In this document: positions 9,125-18,179 of the stretch, piece by piece
Position numbering within the stretch: position 1 is the first letter of the stretch
Layout: each line of letters begins with the position of its first letter
DNA from: Sumerlaeia bacterium
Lineage (GTDB): Bacteria; Sumerlaeota; Sumerlaeia; SLMS01; JAHLLQ01
Reading direction: 5' to 3'
DNA length: 64,000 nucleotides
Assembly (NCBI GenBank): GCA_040219255.1
Contig: JAVJSW010000001.1
Coordinates: 93,794-157,793, forward strand
The notes under the pieces: generated by a model
Seen by the model: only the letters and a program-made list of their open reading frames with translations
Databases searched by the model: none
Told to the model about the DNA's origin: nothing
Position numbers and translations under genes: made by a program

Positions 9125-12007
9125 TCAGGGCAGTTTACTGACGATCGATTCGCTGCGGGGCGAGTCCGAATCTTCCGCCCGCGCGGAAAAAGCTTCCGCC
9201 AGAATACGGGCCTGCTCGGCGTTGTGCCGATTCAGTGAACCCACCGAGGGGCTGGCCGCCACATTCCGGCCCACATAGGTCACATGGCCGAACTGCTCGC
9301 GCAGCAGCGGTTCGATGAAGCGCCACGCTCCGCGATTGAGCGGCTCTTCCTGACACCAAACCAGATCCGCGCCCTTCTCCAGGTATGGCCCCACAATGCC
9401 GGCCATCAGCTTCTTGTGGTACGGATAGAACTGCTCGACGCGCACCAGAGCCACATCGTCGACGCCCTGCTCCTCGCGATACGCGGCCAGATCGTAGTAG
9501 ACCTTGCCGCCACAGAGCACCACGCGGCGCACCGCGCCGGGCTTCTTGCCGGTCGGGTCGTCCTTGATTTCCTGGAAGGTGCCGTTCACCAGATCGTCCA
9601 CCGTGGAGACGGCGCGCGGGTGGCGCAGCAGGCTCTTGGGCGACATCAGGATCAGGGGCTTGCGGAAGTCGCGCTTCATCTGGCGCCGCAGAAGATGGAA
9701 GTACTGGGCCGGGGTCGTCGCGTTGCAGACCTGGATATTCTCGTCCGCGCAGAGCGACAGGAACCGGTCGAGCCAGGCGTTGCTGTGCTCCGGGCCCTGG
9801 CCTTCGTAGCCGTGCGGCAGCAGCAGGACGAGGCCACTGCCGCGCCCCCACTTCGATTCGCCGCTGATGATGAACTGATCGATGATGACTTGGGCGCCGT
9901 TGACGAAGTCGCCGAACTGCGCTTCCCAGCAGATCAGCATGTCCGGGTTGTCGAGCGAGTAGCCATAGTCGAAGCCGAGGACGCTGGCTTCCGACAGGGG
10001 GCTGTCGTAACAGCAGAAGCGCGCCTGTTTGCCCGGCCGGACGTTGTTCAGCGGCATGTAGCCTTCGGCCGATTTCGTGTCCCAGATCATCGCGTGGCGC
10101 TGGCTGAAGGTGCCCCGCCGGCTGTCCTGGCCGCTGATGCGAACCGGGATGTTCTCCAGCAGCAGCGAACCGATGGCGAGGCCTTCGCCGGTGGCCCAAT
10201 CGATGGTGCCGCCTTCCGTCGAAACGCCTTCCCATCGCTTGTCGAACACGCCGCGGCGCTTCTTCGGGTCCGAAAGCTTCTTGTGAACGTGGAAGCCTTC
10301 GGGGAATTCGTGCCAGATTTTCGCCACCGCGATCAGATCCTCGCGGCTTACCCGCGTGTCCACCGGATCGAAGGTGTAGCCGCGCTTGAACATGCGCCAG
10401 GTATCGCCCGAGAAAGCCCGCAGCGCCGTCTGAATCTTGGCGTCCTTCGCGCGCTCGTGCGCCGCCGCCAATTCGCTGTCCAACTCCTTCTCCATCGCCT
10501 CGAGCCGATCCATCGGCACGACTTCTTCCTCGATCAGGGTCTTCTTGTAGATCTCATAGGTGGACGGATGGTTCTTGATGGCCTGATACATCTGGGGTTG
10601 GGTGAAGCCAGGCTCGTCGCCTTCGTTGTGACCGAGGCGCCGGTAACACACCAAGTCGATCACCACGTCCTTGTGGAAGCGCTGGCGGAATTCGACGGCG
10701 ATTTCCGCCGCCTGGAGCACCGCGTCCGGGTCGTCGGCGTTCACGTGGAAAATCGGCGCCTGCACCATCTTCGCCACGTCCGTCGGATAGCGCGTCGAGC
10801 GCCCTTCCTCCGGCGAGGTGGTGAAGCCGATCTGGTTGTTGACAATGACGTGGATGGTGCCGCCGGTGGCGTAACCCTTGAGCTGGCTGTAGTTCAGGAT
10901 TTCCGCCACGATGCCCTGGCCCGCGAAGGCCGCGTCGCCGTGGATCAGCAGCGGCATGACCCGCACCCGCTCCATGTCGTTCAGGCGGCGCTGCTTGCCG
11001 CGCACCCGGCCCTGCACGACCGGGTTCACGGCCTCCAGGTGGCTGGGATTGGCGGTCAGGCTCAGGTGAACGTCCTGGCCGTGATAGGTCGTCCAGTCGG
11101 TCGAATAGCCCTTGTGATACTTCACGTCGCCGTCACCGAAGACCTGGCCTTCGGAGTAGTTGTCCTCGAAATCCGAAAAGATTTCCTCATGGCTTTTCTG
11201 CAGGATATTTGCCAGCACGTTCAGCCGCCCGCGGTGCGCCATGCCGAGGACGATCTCCTCGATGCCTTCGAGGCCCGCTTTTTCGACGATGGTGTCGAGG
11301 GTCGGAATCAGGGTCTCGCCACCTTCCAGGCTGAAGCGCTTCTGGCCAACGTAGGTGGTGTGGAGGAACTTCTCGAAAGCCTCGGCTTGGCGGAGACAGC
11401 GCGCCACGCGCAGCTTCTTGCCCGGTGCGGCATCCGTTTTGTTCAGGAACGGCTCCATACGCTTCTGCAGCCAGCGGCGCTCCGGCGTGTTCTGGATGTG
11501 CATGTACTCCACGCCGATGGTCTGACAGTAGATCGTCTTGAGCGAGTCGATGATCGCCCGCAACGTCATGCGCGCCGGACCGAAGAGCAGTTTGTCGGCG
11601 TGGAACTCCATGTCGAGGTGCTCGGGGCCGAGATCGAAGTTCTCGAGGTCGAGCAGCGGGTGCGTTTCACTGTTGATGCGGCCCAGCGGATCGATCCGGG
11701 CGATCAGGTGGCCCAAGTCGCGATAGTGGTAAATGAGCGAGTCGACGCGCGATTGCAGGCGTTCGAGGGCGGAATCGCCCAGCGGTGCGGCGGCGGGAGA
11801 AGCCGCGGCGGTCACCGTCGCGGCAGCCGCGGAGGCGCCTTCCTCCTCCAGCCGCGTTTGACCGAGGTCGAAGCCCTGGAAAAAGGGATGCCAGCTCTGG
11901 TCCACGCTGGAGGGATCGTCCAGCCATTGGCGATAGAGGTGGTCCACGTAGTCGCTGTTCCAGCCATTGACCGAGCCAGTCCAGCCTTGCTGCTCTGTTT
12001 CCTGCAT
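9125..12007 (-). CDS. sucA: 2-oxoglutarate dehydrogenase E1
   Basis: KRFSLEGGE, GMAHRGRLNVL, HGDAAFAGQG, WEAQFGDF and LLLPHGYEGQGPEHS motifs; start at MQETEQ. Confidence 0.96.
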   Translation of the reverse strand: MQETEQQGWTGSVNGWNSDYVDHLYRQWLDDPSSVDQSWHPFFQGFDLGQTRLEEEGASAAAATVTAAASPAAAPLGDSALERLQSRVDSLIYHYRDLGHLIARIDPLGRINSETHPLLDLENFDLGPEHLDMEFHADKLLFGPARMTLRAIIDSLKTIYCQTIGVEYMHIQNTPERRWLQKRMEPFLNKTDAAPGKKLRVARCLRQAEAFEKFLHTTYVGQKRFSLEGGETLIPTLDTIVEKAGLEGIEEIVLGMAHRGRLNVLANILQKSHEEIFSDFEDNYSEGQVFGDGDVKYHKGYSTDWTTYHGQDVHLSLTANPSHLEAVNPVVQGRVRGKQRRLNDMERVRVMPLLIHGDAAFAGQGIVAEILNYSQLKGYATGGTIHVIVNNQIGFTTSPEEGRSTRYPTDVAKMVQAPIFHVNADDPDAVLQAAEIAVEFRQRFHKDVVIDLVCYRRLGHNEGDEPGFTQPQMYQAIKNHPSTYEIYKKTLIEEEVVPMDRLEAMEKELDSELAAAHERAKDAKIQTALRAFSGDTWRMFKRGYTFDPVDTRVSREDLIAVAKIWHEFPEGFHVHKKLSDPKKRRGVFDKRWEGVSTEGGTIDWATGEGLAIGSLLLENIPVRISGQDSRRGTFSQRHAMIWDTKSAEGYMPLNNVRPGKQARFCCYDSPLSEASVLGFDYGYSLDNPDMLICWEAQFGDFVNGAQVIIDQFIISGESKWGRGSGLVLLLPHGYEGQGPEHSNAWLDRFLSLCADENIQVCNATTPAQYFHLLRRQMKRDFRKPLILMSPKSLLRHPRAVSTVDDLVNGTFQEIKDDPTGKKPGAVRRVVLCGGKVYYDLAAYREEQGVDDVALVRVEQFYPYHKKLMAGIVGPYLEKGADLVWCQEEPLNRGAWRFIEPLLREQFGHVTYVGRNVAASPSVGSLNRHNAEQARILAEAFSARAEDSDSPRSESIVSKLP

Positions 12008-12166
12008 GCCCGCATGCCTCGCGATGGTCCGCCAACCGATTGACGGAAAATGATTGATATCAGACGATCCGGGGCGTGAAGACGCACCGGAAACCGCTTT
12101 AGCGGCAGCGAAGATCATACCGCGCGCCCTGGAATGTCAAGGCACGCTCACATCTCTCCGGGCCGC

Positions 12167-12886
12167 TCATGTCATTTCCTTCGCCAGAACCCCCGCCGCT
12201 TCGAGCGCCCCGAAAAACCGCCGCATCTTTTCCGCGGACTTTCTCCGCGGCGCTTCCTCCAGACCGCTCGACACATCGAAGGCGTAAGGCAGCTCCGGCC
12301 CCAGTTCACCGGCCACGGCGCCGATGTTGTCCGGCGTCAGCCCGCCCGCCAGGAAAACACGCCCGCGGCCGAAGAACGGCCGCGCCACGTCGTGATCGAA
12401 GGTCTTGCCGGTGCCCCCATGCTGGCCCTTGGCGTATGTGTCGAGAAGCACCACCCCGCGGGCCGAGAGGATCGGTTCGATCTCGGCCGCCGACTCGGGC
12501 CCCTTGACCCGTACCGCCCGGATTGCCGGGACCGGCAGGGCCGAGAGGGCCTCGTCGGCGTGCGCCTCGCCGTGAAGCTGAACCGCCGCCAGGTCCAACT
12601 CGCGCACGATTGTAACCATTCGACCCACCGGTTCATGTACGAAGACGCCGAAGGGCCGGACCGGCCGGGCGCTCCTGGCGCGCACTTCGCCGAGCAACGC
12701 CCGGGCGTCCTCCAGCGTCAGGCACCGGGGCGTGCCTTCGGCGAAGATCAGGCCCAGGAACGAGGCACCCAACTCCAGCGCCAGCAAAGCGTCCTCCGCC
12801 AGCGTTAGGCCACACACCTTGACAAGAGCGCGCCTCTCCCCCGCCCTGGGGAAACGTTCGTCGAGTCGGGGTGAATAAATCGTCAT
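12167..12886 (-). CDS. trpF: Phosphoribosylanthranilate isomerase
   Basis: VKVCGLT, GVFV, VQLHG, LLDT..GGTG.TFD, LAGGLTPDN and DVSSGLE motifs. Confidence 0.92.
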   Translation of the reverse strand: MTIYSPRLDERFPRAGERRALVKVCGLTLAEDALLALELGASFLGLIFAEGTPRCLTLEDARALLGEVRARSARPVRPFGVFVHEPVGRMVTIVRELDLAAVQLHGEAHADEALSALPVPAIRAVRVKGPESAAEIEPILSARGVVLLDTYAKGQHGGTGKTFDHDVARPFFGRGRVFLAGGLTPDNIGAVAGELGPELPYAFDVSSGLEEAPRRKSAEKMRRFFGALEAAGVLAKEMT

Positions 12887-13007
12887 GGCGGCGAGTAAGT
12901 CTTCCTGCGGCCCCGAGAGGCGGGGATGCGGTTAAAGGATTGCCGTCTGGGCCGCGCGGGTCAATGATGGCATCCATACAAATGACTTCTCGCGGAGGGA
13001 CATCCCC

Positions 13008-14057
13008 ATGAAGAAAGTGCTGATCGGCTGCGGAATCTTCGTCCTGCTGGCGGCCATCCTGTTCGTCGGCGCGATCGCCTTCGTCGGCATCAAGATCAAT
13101 TCCTGGACCAAGGGCATCGAAGCCGCCGGCCAGGAGATTCAGACCCTGAATACGGATTATCCCTTTGTCGAGCCGAGCGAGGCGCAAAGCCTGGACCCGG
13201 ACCGATTCCAGGACTACCTGGAAATCCGCCAGACCCTCTTCGATCAGTTCATGAACGTGAAGTTCATCCGCGAAATCGCCCTGGCCGCCGAAACCGGCCA
13301 GCAGCCCAACATCGGCCCCGGCGATGTCTTCACCGTCATCGGCGCCGTACCGGGCATGATGCGCGACTTCGCCGAGACCATGCGGGAAGCGGAAATGTCG
13401 CCGGACGAATACGCCTACATCATGCGCAACACGGTGGAAGCAGTGGACGACGCGGCGGACTCCGGCGATCCGGAGCTGGGGGCCCTGTGGGACGAGGTGA
13501 GCGCCTCGATGGAAAAACTGATCGTGGAAATGCAGGCCAACAATCAAGGCCAGCAGTTCGACCTGAGCACCTATCGCCAATTGCGCGACGGCGGAGCCAT
13601 CGTCCCCGCCGCCGATGTGCAGCTCGTCCGGCGCCACAGCGCCCAGCTCTCGGAAAACCCCGCCATGCTGGTGATCGAGCTGTTCCTTATCGACGCCATG
13701 CAGAACGCCGCGGCGGGCGGCAATACCAACGTGCGCTGGCAAACCAACACCACCAACGGCCAGACCGACAGTTCCTTCCAATACGAGCAGTCGGCCCCAA
13801 AGGAAGTCATCTTCGGGCCCATGAGCGAACGCAGCAAAACCGCCGAGGACCGCGCGGCCGAAGTGGAACGGCAGACGCGCCGGGCCGAAGGCCTGCCCGC
13901 CGGCGAAGACTCCGCCAATGGCACCGGCGAGAACGGTGCCTTCTCCAGTTATCTTCAATGGGATCAACGCACCGCGTCCCGGACAACCCCCACCCCGGCG
14001 GCCGCTGGGGAAGATAAAGAAGAGTTCGTCGTTCGCTTCAGCGATCAAGACGAGTGA
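13008..14057 (+). CDS. Hypothetical membrane-anchored protein
   Basis: Good RBS (ggaggga), N-terminal TM helix (MKKVLIGCGIFVLL...), host-like codon usage; no family recognised. Confidence 0.7.
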   Translation: MKKVLIGCGIFVLLAAILFVGAIAFVGIKINSWTKGIEAAGQEIQTLNTDYPFVEPSEAQSLDPDRFQDYLEIRQTLFDQFMNVKFIREIALAAETGQQPNIGPGDVFTVIGAVPGMMRDFAETMREAEMSPDEYAYIMRNTVEAVDDAADSGDPELGALWDEVSASMEKLIVEMQANNQGQQFDLSTYRQLRDGGAIVPAADVQLVRRHSAQLSENPAMLVIELFLIDAMQNAAAGGNTNVRWQTNTTNGQTDSSFQYEQSAPKEVIFGPMSERSKTAEDRAAEVERQTRRAEGLPAGEDSANGTGENGAFSSYLQWDQRTASRTTPTPAAAGEDKEEFVVRFSDQDE

Positions 14058-15010
14058 CCCCGCACCCCCGCCTCTTTCCCAGGACCCTCCATCCGCCCAT
14101 GCCCGCTCGTTTCGCCACGGTTCGATTCCTCACGATCGCCCTCGCTTTTTTCCTAGCTCCCGCCTGCGCCGATTCCCCTTCTACTGCCGATGCACTCGCA
14201 GAGAAAGTGGACGTCGAGGCCCCCATGCAACCCACCGATGAAATCGAAATCCGGCAAGGCGAAACCACCGTGCGGACCGCACCGGCCAGGGGCGCGCTCG
14301 TCACCAGCGTGGTCGTGGACGGCAAGGACCTCCTGACGCTCGACCGCCGGTCGTTCGAAGAAACGCACCGCCACGTGCGCGGCGGCATCCCGATCCTGTT
14401 TCCCTTCAGCGGCGCCCTGAAAGACGGAACGCTGGTGGCCTCGGGAACCCAGATGCCCCAGCACGGCTTCGCCCGAGAGAAAGCCTGGGACGTCGTTTCC
14501 CAATCGGAAAGCGAAATGGTCCTCGGCCTGTCGGACGACGAAGCGACCCGCGCCGTCTATCCCTGGCCCTTCCGCCTGACCTACACGGTGCGGGCGCTGG
14601 ACCGGGGCGTCGAGGTGGTACTGACGGCCAGGAACCTCGGGGATTCGCCGATGCCCACCTCGCCGGGCTGGCACCCGTATTTTCCCCTGCCGGTGGAAGC
14701 CAAACCGGAATTCGCCACCTCCGTCGAGGGCGCGGGCGGCGGCACGGTGACCAACGACCGCGAGATCAACTTCGGCGTGCCCAGCCCCCCCGGCTCCAAG
14801 CTGATGTTCCAACTGCCCGGCACCGGCTTTCTGGAAATGGAATACAGCGAGTCGATGGAGCACCTCCAGATCTGGTCGCTGCCGCGCGGCGCCTTCGTCT
14901 GCGTGGAACCCTGGGACGGCGGCGTGAACGACATCAACACCCCCGGCGCCACCGTGATCGCGCCCGGAGAGATGGCCGAGTGGCGCATGGCCTTCCGCCT
15001 GAATCCCTGA
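14054..15010 (+). CDS. Aldose 1-epimerase / galactose mutarotase-like protein, probably exported
   Basis: RGGIPILFP, HGFAR, GWHPYF and FVCVEPW motifs; hydrophobic leader ending LAPAC; start may be 14099. Confidence 0.85.
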   Translation: MTPHPRLFPRTLHPPMPARFATVRFLTIALAFFLAPACADSPSTADALAEKVDVEAPMQPTDEIEIRQGETTVRTAPARGALVTSVVVDGKDLLTLDRRSFEETHRHVRGGIPILFPFSGALKDGTLVASGTQMPQHGFAREKAWDVVSQSESEMVLGLSDDEATRAVYPWPFRLTYTVRALDRGVEVVLTARNLGDSPMPTSPGWHPYFPLPVEAKPEFATSVEGAGGGTVTNDREINFGVPSPPGSKLMFQLPGTGFLEMEYSESMEHLQIWSLPRGAFVCVEPWDGGVNDINTPGATVIAPGEMAEWRMAFRLNP

Positions 15011-15068
15011 GGTCCTGGGCGGACTCATCAAGGCTCCACTCGACTGTTTTGTGAAGACGTGTCGAAAG

Positions 15069-15790
15069 CTACTGAACCTGCATCATGCTCTTGCGCAGTT
15101 GGCGGATGTTTTCGCGCACGCCACCTTTGCCATAGACCGACGAGCCGGCCACCAGGATGTCGGCTCCGGCGGCGACCGCCAGGTGCGCCGTGGAGGGATC
15201 GATGCCGCCATCGACCTGGAGCAGATAGTTCAGCCCGATCTCCTCGCGCAGCAGCACCAGCTCGCGTACCTTGTTCAACGTGTGCGGGATCAGTCTCTGG
15301 CCACCGAAGCCCGGCTCGACGGTCATCACCAGCACCATGTCGGCGTCCGGCAGGCAATCGCGGATGGCGGACACGGGCGTGTCCGGTTTGATGGAAATGC
15401 CGGCCTGCACGCCTGCGGCCTTGATGTCGCGCAGAAGCCGGGGCGACTCGTCTCGGCCCGCCGCTTCCACGTGAAAGGTGATGTGGTTGGCGCCGGCTTC
15501 GACGAACCGTTCGAAGTAGCGGCGGGGTTCGGAAATCATCAGGTGCACGTCGAAAAACAGATTCGGATCGAGGGGCCGGATGTTGCCGATGACCGCGGGG
15601 CCGAAGCTGATGTTGGGCACGAAATGGCCGTCCATCACGTCGAGATGAAGCCAGCGCACGGAGAGACCCTTGAGGGGCTTGACCGCGTCCTCGAGGCAGG
15701 AGAAATCCGCCGCGAGCAAGGACGGGGCGATGCGCACTCCGGTGCCGCGGCGCGACACCGATCCGTTCCCTTTGGCGGGATCGTTCATCA
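15069..15790 (-). CDS. rpe: Ribulose-phosphate 3-epimerase
   Basis: IAPSLLAADF, HLDVMDGHFVPN, DVHLMI, MTVEPGFGGQ and VDGGI motifs; start uncertain. Confidence 0.94.
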
Positions 15791-16048
15791 TCTTCACATG
15801 GCTCGAAGAACTGGCCTTACGCGGCACGATACAATAACCTCCCCGCTCCCTCGCTCCTGGCCGGATGAGGGGCGCTGCGTTCGTCGACGCTTGAACGCCC
15901 GGCAATGTGCCCGGACAGCCTCGGAAGTGCAAGGGAAGGATGGGGGATCAGGGTGGTCCTCGCCATCGTGTCTAACCCAAACAACGCGGGGTCTCTCCAC
16001 AGCGGCCCCGGCTTTTGCGGAACCGCCGAAAATCTTCCGCCAACCCGT

Positions 16049-16570
16049 CTAATCGGGGACGGAGCATGCCAGCTCCCGGAAAAAGGGCTGGAGAAAATCC
16101 CGTCCCTCCGGGGGCAAGCGGCGATTGACCGACTCCTCGAGGCGCAAGAACGACGCCTGCATGACGCGCAGCTCCTGAAAGCTGCATTGCTGTGTCATAA
16201 TCTGCTGAAGCCAGAACAACAGGTTATTGCGGAACAATTCCGGGTTGCCCAGCAACGCACACAAACACAGATGCCGCAGAACCGTGCCGAACCCTTGACC
16301 GCAAGGGCAAGTTCCCTGACACGCCAACTCGCACGACGCCGCCATCGGACATTCGACCTCCTTCTCGATCGCGTCGAGCGACGCGAAGACATGGTCGACG
16401 GTCCGGCAGGCCAGGTCGAGTTCCGGATGATCGCGGCGCAACTCCTCCAGCTCCTCGTGGCTCGGCACCGCGACCTGGGGCGCGAGGCGCAGCAGAAGGC
16501 GATTTCGTTCCTTCGCCACTTCAGCGGAACCGCAAGCCGCTTCCCTCTCGAATTCCGTTAATTCAGACAT
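16049..16570 (-). CDS. Phycobiliprotein-like globin, Cys-rich
   Basis: PSHEELEEL, C-GQGFGTVLRHLCLCALLGNPELF..LLFWLQQIM and RLPPEGRDFLQPFF align by eye with phycobiliprotein-type globin helices; 11 Cys; paralogue of the upstream gene. Confidence 0.65.
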   Translation of the reverse strand: MSELTEFEREAACGSAEVAKERNRLLLRLAPQVAVPSHEELEELRRDHPELDLACRTVDHVFASLDAIEKEVECPMAASCELACQGTCPCGQGFGTVLRHLCLCALLGNPELFRNNLLFWLQQIMTQQCSFQELRVMQASFLRLEESVNRRLPPEGRDFLQPFFRELACSVPD

Positions 16571-16636
16571 TGAGACACGTCCGTTCTAGTGGGCGGAAGG
16601 AAGACAGGAAGAGAGGAAGAGAGGAAGGCGGGGCGT

Positions 16637-17140
16637 TCAGTGAGCGAACTCGTTGCGACAAATCACGGCGACCATGTCGTCGAGGTAGGGTTCGATGGCG
16701 TTCCTGGCTTCGGGCGTAAGCCGCGACACGACGAGTTGACGCAGGACGCTGAAGGCCGCCACGACGACCGGATCGAGGCGCGCGAAGCCGGCGGCGTCGA
16801 GCACCTGGCGCATCCAGTAGAGACAGTGGCGCTGAAGCAGCGCGCGGTCGTCCAGGACCATGGTCAGCACAACGGAGCGAAGCAGGCGGGTCATGTCGGC
16901 TGCCAATGTGTCCTCCGCGTCTGCGCCGAATCGCTCTTCCATTTCCGGATAAACGCGGCAGACCAGATGGGCGGCCTGCCTCGTAATGGCATCGGCCCCG
17001 ATCAGAACGTCAGCGGCAGCCTCGTAAACGGGTTCCCGTTCGGGTTGGAAGGCCCGGAGCGACTCGAGGTCGCCGGGTGCAAGGTCTGGCGCGACATCGC
17101 CCAATTGGCGCAGGTAGGGCAGTAAACACAAGTAGCTCAT
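16637..17140 (-). CDS. Phycobiliprotein-like globin (allophycocyanin/BBAG-like fold)
   Basis: [13 protein letters not shown] ~ ApcA [33 protein letters not shown] ~ [34 protein letters not shown] ~ LSGEDAAEAGAYFD; 167 aa; RBS agaaggt. Confidence 0.75.
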   Translation of the reverse strand: [167 protein letters not shown]

Positions 17141-17335
17141 GGAAAGCTTACCTTCTCAACGATCTGGGTGGCCTCGACGGTGCGAGGGCGATCGACCTTC
17201 TGAAGGCAGACCTGAAGAATCCGGGGGTATGGTTTCCCAACGGAATCCCCAAAAAAAATCAAAACCAATTACGAAACCTGAATGAAAAACTCAAGCGGGC
17301 ACCTCCGCGGAAGTTCACACTCGGCTCGACCAGCT

Positions 17336-17364
17336 ACTGTCTAGAATTTCGGGATGGTTGTCAA
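17336..17364 (-). promoter_or_regulatory. Putative sigma70 promoter of the globin pair (TTGACA-N17-GACAGT)
   Basis: Perfect -35 and 17-nt spacer; the -10 hexamer is identical to that upstream of the tRNA operon. Confidence 0.55.
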
Positions 17365-17528
17365 GGTTTCCGTTTTCGCGAAGATTACGCATCATCCGAT
17401 TCGCCGCCGGAAATTGAACGATCTCCAGATGAAAATATTTCGCCCCGCAGGTTGTCCCGGCAAAGAGGAACTCTTAATCCCGTAAGCGGCAAGAGGTGGC
17501 GAAATCGTAAGGGGGAAGATCCCGGGGC

Positions 17529-18128
17529 TCAGGCCTCCCGGGGCCGTTCGCCGCCTTCGTTGAGCTTGCCGACCGCTTCGAGGGTGGCGGGGCTGTCGGC
17601 GGTGCCGGCCTTGGCCGCGTAGCCGAACATGATTGTGGAGAAGCCCATGAAGAGCGAATTGATGCCCACCAGCGCGGCGATCGTGGCCAAGGGCTGCATC
17701 GCCAGAACCATCCAGATCAGTGTGGCCAGAATCAGCGAGACGACGCCGCTGAGCAACAGCCAGATCCAGGGCGCCCGTTGCCGCAGCCGAATGGCCAGCA
17801 TCAGCGTGATGATCCCGTTGAGCGTCAGGTAGAGCCCGACGAGCGTTGTCGCCGTCCAGTATTGACTGGTCGGATGGACGAGGATCGTGGCGCCGAAGAG
17901 GATGACGACAAGGGCGGAGAGCATGGAGATGACAAGGCCGCCGAGTTCGCGGGACTTGAGCGCGTAGGCGATCTGCAGCGCACCCGTCAGGATGAACAGC
18001 ACGCCCAGCAAGGGCTCGATGGCGCTGGGCATCGCCATCGGCAGACCGAAGCACAGGGCTCCGAACAAAACGTGAATGCACCCGATGATGACGAAGAGCA
18101 TCCAGATGCGTTGCAGTGCGAAAGTCAT
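17529..18128 (-). CDS. HdeD/DUF308 family membrane protein
   Basis: Six hydrophobic helices with repeated L.G..FI..G..QI / W.WLLLSG pattern and LVGINSLF.G. Confidence 0.8.
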   Translation of the reverse strand: MTFALQRIWMLFVIIGCIHVLFGALCFGLPMAMPSAIEPLLGVLFILTGALQIAYALKSRELGGLVISMLSALVVILFGATILVHPTSQYWTATTLVGLYLTLNGIITLMLAIRLRQRAPWIWLLLSGVVSLILATLIWMVLAMQPLATIAALVGINSLFMGFSTIMFGYAAKAGTADSPATLEAVGKLNEGGERPREA

Positions 18129-18179
18129 AAGCCGAACCTCCGTTCGATCGACAAGAAGGGAAAAAGGGGCGGGCGGTGC

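Noticed and set aside
16595-16628. Near-pure purine tract (aggaagag-like repeats) between the two globin genes
   Set aside because: Short low-complexity spacer with no evidence of function.
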